Source: an uncultured archaeon
GTDB lineage: Archaea > Iainarchaeota > Iainarchaeia > Iainarchaeales > 0-14-0-20-30-16
Length of the DNA stretch: 29,091 nucleotides
Direction of reading: 5' to 3'
Assembly (NCBI GenBank): GCA_964480435.1
Contig: CAYZSS010000010.1
Coordinates: forward strand, 1 to 29,091
The notes beneath the pieces were generated by a model. The model saw only the letters and a list, made by a program, of their open reading frames with translations, was not told where the DNA came from and made no database searches. Position 1 is the stretch's first letter, and each line of letters starts with the position of its first letter. A program made the position numbers and the translations under genes. Shown here piece by piece: positions 1 through 7,655 of this stretch.

Positions 1-2
1 AA

Positions 3-719
3 AGATTAAAAAAAGAAGGATATAGCACCCGTGAAATTAAAGCAATCGAATCAGGTACCTCCCAAAATGCAGTGGCCCAAGTAAAAAAAATAAGAGAAGC
101 TTTGCAAAAAGACCCTGTGCTAAGAAAGAGATTTAGAGATAAAATTATAAGATTTAGGAGAGAACACGAAAGAACGTGGATAAAAAACAGGGGCTATGAT
201 AATTATAACCGATTATTTAGGCATGTGCTTGGTATGCCTCTTATTGATTTTTTAACTAAGAAAGCAGGTAGTAAAAAACAACTATCTGTTTTAGATGATG
301 GTGCGGGATTAGGGGTATTTTTAAGAGATATAAAAACTAAGCTTAGAGAACAAAAAATTGATGTGAAGACAGACGCAGTTGTTTTGCAGAGGAGCCCCCA
401 TTTGGTAGAGATGGATAATATTTACGAAGGCCCATCAGAGTTTTTTTTGACTAATAAAAAATATGATGCAATTTTTTCATATTATGGGAGTATGCATTAT
501 ACCGAGAGATGGGCAATAAAAAACCAATTAATAAAGTTTACTAATTTGCTAAATAGGGGTGGGGTGGCTTTAATTGGTGTTGATTTTATTGGGCTTAGAA
601 TTCCGCCTTTACTTGATCAAATGAAAAGGCAATTTGCAAAACAAGGCTTTGAACTAACATATAAGCCGCACTATGTTGCAGATGAACCGTCAGACATTTT
701 AATGATTCGTCGTTTATAA
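3..719 (+). CDS. HTH-like domain plus class I SAM-methyltransferase-like protein, probably 5'-truncated by the window edge
   Basis: The frame of ORF 72..719 stays open back to nt 3. It encodes RLKKEGYSTREIKAIESGTSQNAVAQVKKIREAL (HTH-like) with no in-frame ATG; only GTG at 72. Downstream VLDDGAGLGVF resembles SAM-binding motif I. Confidence 0.5.
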   Translation, partial: RLKKEGYSTREIKAIESGTSQNAVAQVKKIREALQKDPVLRKRFRDKIIRFRREHERTWIKNRGYDNYNRLFRHVLGMPLIDFLTKKAGSKKQLSVLDDGAGLGVFLRDIKTKLREQKIDVKTDAVVLQRSPHLVEMDNIYEGPSEFFLTNKKYDAIFSYYGSMHYTERWAIKNQLIKFTNLLNRGGVALIGVDFIGLRIPPLLDQMKRQFAKQGFELTYKPHYVADEPSDILMIRRL

Positions 720-1568
720 TTAAATATTTCCTAGATAGACATTTAAATACTTTTTTCCTATTTTTTCAGCATCTTTTAAGGTGGTAATCGGTGTTGGATT
801 TTTATTCTTCATTTTGTGATGTGGAAAAAATCTGGATATGTGCCAAGGAATGTTTTCGTCTATTTTTGAAATAAACCTAGCAATTTTTTCTATCTCTTTT
901 TTTGAATCATTTTCACTAGGGATAAGAAGAGTAGTTAATTCCATATGAATTCCTTTTTTATGTGCTCTTTTTATTGAATCCAAAACAGGTTTTAATTTTG
1001 CACTGCAATATTTCTGGTAATAAGTATTAGAAAAAGATTTCAGATCAATATTCATTGCATCAATATAAGGAGAAATAAAATCAAAACTCTCTTTAGTAAA
1101 ATAACCATTTGTAACTAAAATATTTTTTAATTTATTTTTGTGTGCGAGTTCAGCAACATCTTTTACAAACTCAATAAAAATCGTGGGCTCATTATACGTA
1201 TAAGAAATACTCTTGCATTTGTGTTCTTTTGCAAGTTTAACTATTTCTTCAGGTTTTATATTATTTCCACGTATTTTCTTTTTTTGGGAGATTTCATAGT
1301 TCTGGCAAAATCCGCAGCGAAAATTACAGCCCACTGTGCCTATGGAAAATGTTTTTGTGTTTGGCAGAAAATGGTAAAGCGGTTTTTTTTCTATTGGGTC
1401 AACGTGCATAGCAATAGGTTTTCCATAAACTAATAAATACAATTTATTTTTTACATTTTGTCTTACCCCGCAAATTCCTGTTTTATTTAATGCAATAATG
1501 CATTTGTGTGCACACGCAAGGCATTGAACTTCACTTTTGTATTTTTTGTAAAGTGTACATTCTTTCAT
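720..1568 (-). CDS. amrS: AmmeMemoRadiSam system radical SAM enzyme
   Basis: Radical SAM motif CNFRCGFCQN (CxxxCxxC). N-terminal Cys cluster CLACAHKC..GICGVR and the DPIEKKPLYHF block are typical of this subfamily. Divergently paired with a Memo-like gene. Confidence 0.8.
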   Translation of the reverse strand: MKECTLYKKYKSEVQCLACAHKCIIALNKTGICGVRQNVKNKLYLLVYGKPIAMHVDPIEKKPLYHFLPNTKTFSIGTVGCNFRCGFCQNYEISQKKKIRGNNIKPEEIVKLAKEHKCKSISYTYNEPTIFIEFVKDVAELAHKNKLKNILVTNGYFTKESFDFISPYIDAMNIDLKSFSNTYYQKYCSAKLKPVLDSIKRAHKKGIHMELTTLLIPSENDSKKEIEKIARFISKIDENIPWHISRFFPHHKMKNKNPTPITTLKDAEKIGKKYLNVYLGNI

Positions 1569-1602
1569 AAGTATTATTAATATTAAGTTCTTATTATTTC
1601 TT

Positions 1603-2304
1603 ATGGCGGATTGGTACCCAACAAATAGGTTAGAACTTAATTTTGCTTTAGAAGACTATCTTGATAATAAGCAGAAAAAAGTTAAAGAGCTGCATGGGTT
1701 TATTGTGCCACATGCTGGGTATTATTTTTCTGGTCCTGTTGCTGGTAAGGCGTACTCTTTATTACAAGGAAAAAAAATTGAAAAAGTAATTATTTTTGGC
1801 CCTTCGCATTATTCAGGGTTTAAAGGCATAAAATCATTATTTGAAATTGTAACCCCATTTGGAAAAGTAAACATTGTTGAAAATGATTATGAAAAAGTTA
1901 AGTATGAACATTCTGTGCAGAATCAGGTCCCGTTTATACAAAAATTGTTTCCAAAGGCAAAAATATTGCCTTTGGTTGTTGGGCAAATAACACTGAAAGA
2001 GGCAGAAGAATATGCCAAAACTTTTGCAAAAGAAAAAGCTGTTTTTGTGTTCTCAACTGATTTAAGCCACTTTTTATCATACTCCACTGCAAAGAAAGCA
2101 GATAAAAAAACAATTAACATAATCGAAGGTCTTAAATTCAACTCATTGAAGGACTTAGATGCTTGTGGAATTTACCCTTTGCTGATTGCTATGAATTTAT
2201 GTAAATTAAAGGGTTGGAAACCAAAATTGCTTGAGTATAAGAATTCAGGGGATATAATAGAAGATAAGCAATCAGTAGTAGGATATGCAAGTTTCTACTT
2301 CTAA
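1603..2304 (+). CDS. amrB: AmmeMemoRadiSam system protein B (MEMO1 family)
   Basis: Family blocks VPHAGYYFSGPVAGKAY, FGPSHY, STDLSHF and DACGIYP. Located 34 bp from the divergent amrS. Confidence 0.75.
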   Translation: MADWYPTNRLELNFALEDYLDNKQKKVKELHGFIVPHAGYYFSGPVAGKAYSLLQGKKIEKVIIFGPSHYSGFKGIKSLFEIVTPFGKVNIVENDYEKVKYEHSVQNQVPFIQKLFPKAKILPLVVGQITLKEAEEYAKTFAKEKAVFVFSTDLSHFLSYSTAKKADKKTINIIEGLKFNSLKDLDACGIYPLLIAMNLCKLKGWKPKLLEYKNSGDIIEDKQSVVGYASFYF

Positions 2305-2378
2305 AGGATCACTTTTTATTAATTTGCCCAGGAATAATGTTTATAGCTAAGTATGCTTGAGCGAAGCGAAACATACAA

Positions 2379-2411
2379 TTTTGGGTAACTTACCCTTTAT
2401 TAAAAGGGCAG
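2379..2411 (+). repeat. tRNA-flanking hairpin motif, copy A (ends at position -1 of tRNA-Ser)
   Basis: TTTTGGGTAACTTACCCTTTATTAAAAGGGCAG. Internal stem ACCCTTT/AAAGGGT-like (CCCTTT..AAAGGG). Near-identical to copies at 2550 and 20449. Confidence 0.85.
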
Positions 2412-2494
2412 GCAGGGGTAGCGAAGTGGCTAACGCGTCAGACTGCTAATCTGATCTCCGTAAGGAGGCGAGGGTCCGAATCCCTCTCCCTGCG
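2412..2494 (+). tRNA. tRNA-Ser (anticodon GCU), class II with long variable arm
   Basis: Manual cloverleaf: acceptor GCAGGGG/TCCCTGC (one G-U), D arm GCG..CGC, anticodon stem TCAGA/TCTGA with loop CTGCTAA. Variable arm CTCC-GTAA-GGAG, T arm GAGGG-TCCGAAT-CCCTC, discriminator G. No encoded CCA. Confidence 0.9.
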
Positions 2495-2495
2495 T

Positions 2496-2529
2496 CCAGC
2501 CTTTTGAAAAAAGGCTAGGTTTGCCAAAA
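2496..2529 (-). repeat. Degenerate inverted copy of the hairpin motif (copy F) abutting the tRNA-Ser 3' end
   Basis: Minus-sense TTTTGGCAAACCTAGCCTTTTTTCAAAAGGCTGG aligns with the motif: TTTTGG-CAA-C-TA, a T-run/A-run hairpin, then a C-G end. Confidence 0.5.
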
Positions 2530-2549
2530 CCTCATGTAGAGGGATTCAT

Positions 2550-2583
2550 TTTTGGGCAACTTACCCTTTTCCTAAAAGGGCAG
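2550..2583 (+). repeat. tRNA-flanking hairpin motif, copy B
   Basis: TTTTGGGCAACTTACCCTTTTCCTAAAAGGGCAG, 34/34 identical to 20449..20482. Confidence 0.9.
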
Positions 2584-2606
2584 TTCGAATCCCCCTCTCT
2601 GCGTCT
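2584..2606 (+). pseudogene. Diverged duplicate of the tRNA-Ser 3' end (T-loop to discriminator region)
   Basis: TTCGAATCCCCCTCTCTGCGTCT matches 2475..2497 (TCCGAATCCCTCTCCCTGCGTCC) at 19/23. It carries a canonical TTCGAAT T-loop. No matching 5' tRNA portion lies adjacent. Confidence 0.6.
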
Positions 2607-2837
2607 CTATTCTTTCTTTTTTGGAAAAAAGAAAGCATAAGTAAGAAGCATTTTCTAAAAGAAAATCTTCTGACCCTCAAACTTTTTCTAGGAAGAAAAA
2701 ACTTTGTTGGTTCACCAAAGAAAAAACACGAGACGCTAAAGTTTGCAAAAGAAACCCGGGGGTATAAAGCTCCTTAATTTAGTTTGCTAAACGATAAAAC
2801 AAAAAATTAATGTTTAGTTTGATTTAGGTCTGATTTT

Positions 2838-3812
2838 ATGATACAAATTTTTAAAGACGAAAATGAACTACAAAATAAAGTGTTTTCATTTTTTGATAAT
2901 TATAAATTAAAAACGTTTTCTATTGGTTTTATTAACAGAAATAAAGATACAGAAATAAAACAAAAACAAACGGATTTAGTTAAAGAAGTTGAACAAAAAT
3001 ATAATTTAAAAATAGATTATGGTGACCCTGACGGCTACATTGCAATTGATCCAGAAATAAACAAAATAGAATTAAATATTAAATCTGTTTTTATTGCAGG
3101 AAGATATAATAAATATTCCAGAGAGTTGCCACAAACATATTATTTTTGTTATAAATGCAAAGGCAGAGGCTGTAGCTTTTGCAATAGAACAGGAAAACTT
3201 TCTAATATTTCAATAGAAGAAATTCTTGGGCCATATTTCTCAAGCTTTTGTAATGGTAAAGAAATAAAATTCCATGGCGCAGGAAGAGAGGACATGGATG
3301 TGAAAATGCTTGGCAGAGGAAGACCTTTTGTAATACAAATAGTAGAACCCCAAAAAAGATTTTTTTTAAAAGAAGAATTAAAAAAATTAAAAGAAGAAAT
3401 AAATTTAAAAGAAACAAAAGTTAAAGTGCATTATTTAAAAATAATTAACAAAAAAGAAATGGGAAAAATAACTTCTGAACAACATAAAAAAGAATATTCT
3501 GCATTAGTTTCTTGTGAAAAAGAAATAACACAAAAAGAATTGGATAACTTGGTTGGGGATTACAATGTATTGCAGAGAACCCCAGAAAGAGTTAGTAAAA
3601 GAAGAGTTGATCTGGACAGGGCAAAAACAGCAACAATAAAAGTTCCAAAAATGTTAACTAAAAATGAATTCAAAGTAAGAATAGAAAGTTCAGCAGGTTT
3701 ATACATAAAAGAGTTTATTTCAGGGGATGGGGAAAGAACTAAACCATCCGTTTCTGACTTACTAAAAAAGAAATGTACTTGTAAAGAACTTGATGTGCTT
3801 AGAATAATTTGA
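2838..3812 (+). CDS. pus10: tRNA pseudouridine(54/55) synthase Pus10
   Basis: Zn-binding CYKCKGRGCSFCNRTGK. Catalytic block GREDMDVKMLGRGRPFVIQI, plus RTPERVSKRR and YIKEFISGDGERTKPS. Confidence 0.85.
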   Translation: MIQIFKDENELQNKVFSFFDNYKLKTFSIGFINRNKDTEIKQKQTDLVKEVEQKYNLKIDYGDPDGYIAIDPEINKIELNIKSVFIAGRYNKYSRELPQTYYFCYKCKGRGCSFCNRTGKLSNISIEEILGPYFSSFCNGKEIKFHGAGREDMDVKMLGRGRPFVIQIVEPQKRFFLKEELKKLKEEINLKETKVKVHYLKIINKKEMGKITSEQHKKEYSALVSCEKEITQKELDNLVGDYNVLQRTPERVSKRRVDLDRAKTATIKVPKMLTKNEFKVRIESSAGLYIKEFISGDGERTKPSVSDLLKKKCTCKELDVLRII

Positions 3813-4591
3813 TGCGCTATAAAAATATTTTTGTTGGTGTTGAAATGAAATTTACTAAACAATATGGTGAAAAATATTTTTGTTGGACGAATAAAGATAA
3901 ACTTGCTCGTTGTGGTCTTGAGGCGCCCGCATTATGTTCTATGTTAGGGTCTATTACGGGAAAAAGAATTCTGTGTTTAGGGTCTGGCTCTGGTGAAGAA
4001 TGTAATTACTTATTGTCTTTGGGTGCAAAAGAAGTAGTAGGAGTAGATATCTCAAAATTATTTATTAAAGAATCAAAAAAGAAATACAAAGATATTGCGT
4101 TTTATGTGGCAGATATGGAAAATTTGAAATTTAAAGATAATAGTTTCGATATTGTATTTTCTCGTCTTGCAATGCACTACTTAAAAAGTTGGATACGGGT
4201 TTTATCAGAATCAAGAAGGGTTCTAAAGAAAGGCGGTCTGTTTTTATTTTCAACACATAATCCTGTTTATTGGGCTGGAACAAAAGAAGAAACGACTGAA
4301 AAGACCTGCCGTTTTTTAGGATATGAAAAAAATAAAAAAACAAACAAAACACAAGTTTATGGTGATTATTTAAATATAAGAAAGATAATTGATTTTAGGT
4401 CTAAAGATTTAAAAATTGTGTATTGGCATAGGCCTTTTTCATCACTTATTAAGGATATAATTGTTTCTGGATTTAAGATTATTGACTGTTGTGAACCAAA
4501 GCCGCAAAGTTTTGTTAAAAAAGAAGACTATGGTCTCTGGGATAAAGCAAATAAACTGCCTATCTTTGTAATTTTTAAGTTACAAAAATAA
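3809..4591 (+). CDS. Class I SAM-dependent methyltransferase
   Basis: ILCLGSGSGEE (motif I), VVGVDIS, FDIVFSRLAMHYL, GGLFLFS. Start uncertain: TTG 3809 and ATG 3812 overlap the pus10 stop; ATG 3845 is an alternative. Confidence 0.7.
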   Translation: MMRYKNIFVGVEMKFTKQYGEKYFCWTNKDKLARCGLEAPALCSMLGSITGKRILCLGSGSGEECNYLLSLGAKEVVGVDISKLFIKESKKKYKDIAFYVADMENLKFKDNSFDIVFSRLAMHYLKSWIRVLSESRRVLKKGGLFLFSTHNPVYWAGTKEETTEKTCRFLGYEKNKKTNKTQVYGDYLNIRKIIDFRSKDLKIVYWHRPFSSLIKDIIVSGFKIIDCCEPKPQSFVKKEDYGLWDKANKLPIFVIFKLQK

Positions 4592-4592
4592 A

Positions 4593-5735
4593 TTAATTAT
4601 ACTTTATTTTCTCTGCGCTTTTTATTGCTTTGATAAGTAATTCTCTGTTTATTTCTTTTTCAAACTCTTCTATTTCAGTTAATTTGGATCTTGTTTCAGG
4701 GTGTGCGGAAATTAAAAGAGAACAACAATCTTCATAAGGAAGAATTGAAATTTCATATGTACCAATTTTTTTTGCAATTTGAATTATCTCTAGTTTATCT
4801 AATCCTATTACTGGATGTATAATTGGTTTTTTTGATGCATCATAAGTAGTATTAATATTTTCTAAAGTTTGGGATGCAACTTGTCCTAAATTGTCACCTG
4901 TAATAACTGCTTTATATTTTTCTCTAAAAGCAAGAATATTTGCCAATTTAAACATGAATCTTTTGTATACAATCATCCTGTATTTTGATGGCACTTTTAG
5001 AATAATTTCTTTTTGTAAATCTTTAAAAGGAACAACAAAGAGTTTTGCGCCATTTTGATAAATATTAAGTTGTTCTACTAGTTTTTTTATTTTTGCTAGA
5101 GCTGATTTTGAATTTATTGTATCATTAAAGAAATGGATGTAATCTACAGAACAGCCACGCTTTATTGACAAGAATGCAGAAACAGGGCTGTCTATTCCTC
5201 CTGAAAGTAAGCAGAGTACTTTTCCAGTGGTTCCTACTGGTAAGCCCCCAAGTCCATTATGTGATCCTTCAAAAAGATATGCTTCTTTATCACAGACTTC
5301 AACAAACAATTCTTTAGTATAATCCTTATGATCTGCATTTTTTCCATTTTTGTGTAAAAATTCAGCAATTTCTTTGCTTATTTCAGGGGATTTGAGTTTA
5401 AATGTTTTATTTTGTCTTGAAGTATTTATTCGATAAACCTCTTTTGGGCTTGCAATTTTTAATGCGGTTTGCTTTATGCAGTCCAGATCTAAATCACAGG
5501 AGAGCCCTGATCCAAATCCTGAAATACCTGGGATTTTGCCTAAGACATCATTTAACTTGTCCGAACAATCCCTAATAATTAGGCGGCCATACTTTCTTTC
5601 TGCCTTTTTTTTGGAAATGCCTGCTATATGTTTATTTATGTTATCTATGAGGTATTTTTCAAAAAAGGCTCTGTTGCCGCCCTTTGTTGCGATTTCATTA
5701 TAATGTACTACTGTTATCTTTTCCATAAAAACCAT
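4593..5735 (-). CDS. thiI: tRNA 4-thiouridine synthase ThiI (THUMP + PP-loop, no rhodanese domain)
   Basis: PP-loop LLSGGIDSPV, ITGDNLGQVASQT, and an N-terminal ferredoxin-like/THUMP-type region (HYNEIATKGGNR). Confidence 0.85.
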   Translation of the reverse strand: MVFMEKITVVHYNEIATKGGNRAFFEKYLIDNINKHIAGISKKKAERKYGRLIIRDCSDKLNDVLGKIPGISGFGSGLSCDLDLDCIKQTALKIASPKEVYRINTSRQNKTFKLKSPEISKEIAEFLHKNGKNADHKDYTKELFVEVCDKEAYLFEGSHNGLGGLPVGTTGKVLCLLSGGIDSPVSAFLSIKRGCSVDYIHFFNDTINSKSALAKIKKLVEQLNIYQNGAKLFVVPFKDLQKEIILKVPSKYRMIVYKRFMFKLANILAFREKYKAVITGDNLGQVASQTLENINTTYDASKKPIIHPVIGLDKLEIIQIAKKIGTYEISILPYEDCCSLLISAHPETRSKLTEIEEFEKEINRELLIKAIKSAEKIKYN

Positions 5736-5867
5736 CGGCCGAGGTGTATTCTTCTTCGTATATAATCACAAATAGAATAACCTATTAATATAAATATATT
5801 TTGGACGATTTATATATAAAAGAATTAGGTTTTTGAATTTTAATAAATTATATTAAGGTATTTTTTA

Positions 5868-6089
5868 ATGGATAAAAAAAAATATGAAGTTAAGGTAATA
5901 CCAAATTCAAAGATGGAACAAGTCTTTGAAGATAATGGAATATTAAAAATAAAAATACGATCAAGAGCGGAGAAAGGCGAAGCAAATAAGGCCTTAATAC
6001 AGTTGCTTGAGAAATATTTTAAAGGAAAAGTCAAAATCTTAAGCGGATTTACTTCGAGAAATAAGGTAATTTCCGTGGAAAGGTCCTAA
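5868..6089 (+). CDS. DUF167/YggU-family small protein
   Basis: VKVIPNSK...LKIKIRSRAEKGEANKALIQLLEKYF...VKILSGFTSRNKVISV matches the YggU pattern (GxAN...G..sR.K). Confidence 0.65.
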   Translation: MDKKKYEVKVIPNSKMEQVFEDNGILKIKIRSRAEKGEANKALIQLLEKYFKGKVKILSGFTSRNKVISVERS

Positions 6090-6122
6090 TTCTTTTTTTT
6101 AGCATTATTCGGAGGAATATTT

Positions 6123-7523
6123 ATGGCAAAAACATATATGAGTCATACTAAATACATAATTTACCAAAAATTTAAAGTAAAAGGTGTAGTAGAAAAACAT
6201 GATATTATTGGTGCAATATTTGGACAAAGCGAAGGTTTAACCGGGGAAGATTTGTCCCTTAAAGAATTGCAAAGTAATGGTAAAATCGGAAGAATTGAGC
6301 TTGTAGTTGAATCAAAAAATGGTGCAACTGAAGGAACAATAGAAATACCATCAAGTGCAGATATGGTTGAAACTGCAATTTTAGCAGCAACTATTGAAGC
6401 AGTTGATAAAGTTGGTCCTTGTGATGCTGAATTTCTTACTGAAAAAATAGAAGACACAAGAACACAGAAAAGAAAGAATATTGTTACAAGAGCAAAATCC
6501 TTGTTAGCTATTTTGATAAGAGACCAAATCCCAGACAGTCAAGAAATAACTAGGGCTGTTGAAGAGGAAGTAAGGTCTTCAGAAATAACTAGCTACGGAC
6601 CAGATAAAATTCCTTGTGGACCATCAATAAATGATGCAGATGAAATTATACTGGTTGAAGGAAGAGCGGATGTAATAAATCTACTAAAATATAATATAAA
6701 AAATGTTGCTGCTTTTGGTGGTTCAAACATTACAAAAACAGTAGTAGATTTATGTAATAAGAAAACTACTCTTGTGTTTATAGATGGAGATAGAGGTGGA
6801 GAATTAAATCTAAAGAAGTTAATGCAAATGACTAATGTAGATTTTGTTGCAAGAGCGCCTCCTGGTAGAGAAGTAGAAGAACTGGCTAAGAAAGAAATTC
6901 TAATGTGCCTAAAGAAAAAAATGCCTATTGTTCAAACAAAAAAAGAAGGCAGCAATGATATAGAATTATCTTATTTAGATAACCAGTTGCCAGAAGAAAC
7001 TTATAAAGAAAAAGAGCCTCAAGTAAAAGTTATTGAAATAAATAAGCCTTTTGATCGTTCAAAAGAAATTGAAAAACCAAAAGTAGAAGAAAAACCAAAA
7101 AGTTTTGAAAGACCAAAAGAGGCAGAAAGGCCGAAATTTGAGCCAAGACCAAGAACTAATTTCCCTGAAAGAGGTGCACCTAAACCTTTTGAAAGAAGTT
7201 ATCCTCCCAGAGAAAGAGAGCCTAAGCACGACAGCAATAGAAAACTGATTGAAGATGTGGATGTGTTTGATGAATTGAATAAACTTAAAGGTAAATTCAA
7301 AGCAAACTTGTACGCTACAGGAAAATTAGTTGAAAGTGTGCCTGTAAGGGATTTAATTAAAGCCATGAAAGAAAACAAGAATGTTTCTATGATAATCTTT
7401 GATGGAATTATAACAAAGAGACTGGCTGAAATGGCAAAAGGCAAGGGCGTAAAAGAAATAGTTGGAGTAAAAGTAGGAAAAATGAGTGCAATAAAAGGAA
7501 TAAATATTACTTCTTTGGAGTAG
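6123..7523 (+). CDS. dnaG: Archaeal DnaG primase-like protein (TOPRIM) with a low-complexity insert
   Basis: Archaeal DnaG N-terminal block IIGAIFGQSEGL. TOPRIM motifs ILVEGRADVINLL and FIDGDRGGEL. Pro/Lys/Glu/Arg-rich insert at about 6993..7244. Confidence 0.85.
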   Translation: MAKTYMSHTKYIIYQKFKVKGVVEKHDIIGAIFGQSEGLTGEDLSLKELQSNGKIGRIELVVESKNGATEGTIEIPSSADMVETAILAATIEAVDKVGPCDAEFLTEKIEDTRTQKRKNIVTRAKSLLAILIRDQIPDSQEITRAVEEEVRSSEITSYGPDKIPCGPSINDADEIILVEGRADVINLLKYNIKNVAAFGGSNITKTVVDLCNKKTTLVFIDGDRGGELNLKKLMQMTNVDFVARAPPGREVEELAKKEILMCLKKKMPIVQTKKEGSNDIELSYLDNQLPEETYKEKEPQVKVIEINKPFDRSKEIEKPKVEEKPKSFERPKEAERPKFEPRPRTNFPERGAPKPFERSYPPREREPKHDSNRKLIEDVDVFDELNKLKGKFKANLYATGKLVESVPVRDLIKAMKENKNVSMIIFDGIITKRLAEMAKGKGVKEIVGVKVGKMSAIKGINITSLE

Positions 7524-7655
7524 TATTTAAAATTCTTTTTTCCTTTCTTTTTTTATATTAAATTTTATAAGTTTATATAACTTAGTTTATTTGTTTGTCT
7601 TATTTTTGGATTAACTTTATATAGTAAAATAAACTAAAATTATTAGTGATATTTT

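Larger units (their letters stand above)
2498..2757 (+). repeat. Non-coding hairpin-rich module, locus 1 (homologous to 20381..20644); candidate structured RNA or MITE-like element
   Basis: Same order of elements as locus 2: GCCTTTT/AAAAGGC hairpin, anti-tRNA 10-mer, 34-nt motif, tRNA-end duplicate, T-run hairpin 2612..2635 and hairpin 2645..2670. Then CCCTCAAAC, hairpin 2678..2706, CTTTGTTGG, hairpin 2707..2718 and an AAACACGA tail. Confidence 0.6.

Noticed and set aside
1140-1433. Antisense or overlapping track ORFs inside well-supported genes (for example 1140..1433, 1923..2141, 3202..3417, 3560..3862, 4131..4352, 5476..5703, 5840..6034, 6161..6457, 7199..7444, 7643..7897, 8563..8883, 9418..9726, 10412..10633, 11065..11319, 12155..12769, 15123..15338, 15825..16184, 18606..18800, 19951..20148, 22257..22469, 24999..25196, 25717..26046, 26267..26572)
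   Set aside because: Each lies within or opposite a longer ORF with clear family motifs. Their translations are low-complexity and lack start signals, as expected for spurious ORFs in AT-rich DNA.
2393-2408. The TTTATTAAAA loop of motif copy A as the tRNA-Ser TATA box
   Set aside because: It lies only about 7-16 nt from the mature 5' end, too close for an archaeal TATA (about -26). Copies B, C and D have non-TATA loops (TTTTCCTAAAA, TTTTTGGAAAAA). A better TATA candidate (GTTTATAG) sits at about 2339.
2379-2583. The repeated 34-nt motif as a CRISPR array
   Set aside because: Only two direct copies occur at this locus, 171 nt apart, and the would-be spacer is a complete tRNA gene. Other copies are inverted or degenerate. 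There is no regular repeat-spacer periodicity and no cas genes in the window.
2412-2606. An intron-containing tRNA-Ser that splices exon 1 (2412..2474) to the downstream canonical 3' piece (2584..2605)
   Set aside because: The contiguous gene gives perfect T-stem pairing and only one G-U in the acceptor stem. The spliced version introduces an A-C mismatch in the T-stem and two G-U pairs. I could not draw a convincing bulge-helix-bulge at the putative junctions. It is kept only as a low-probability alternative.
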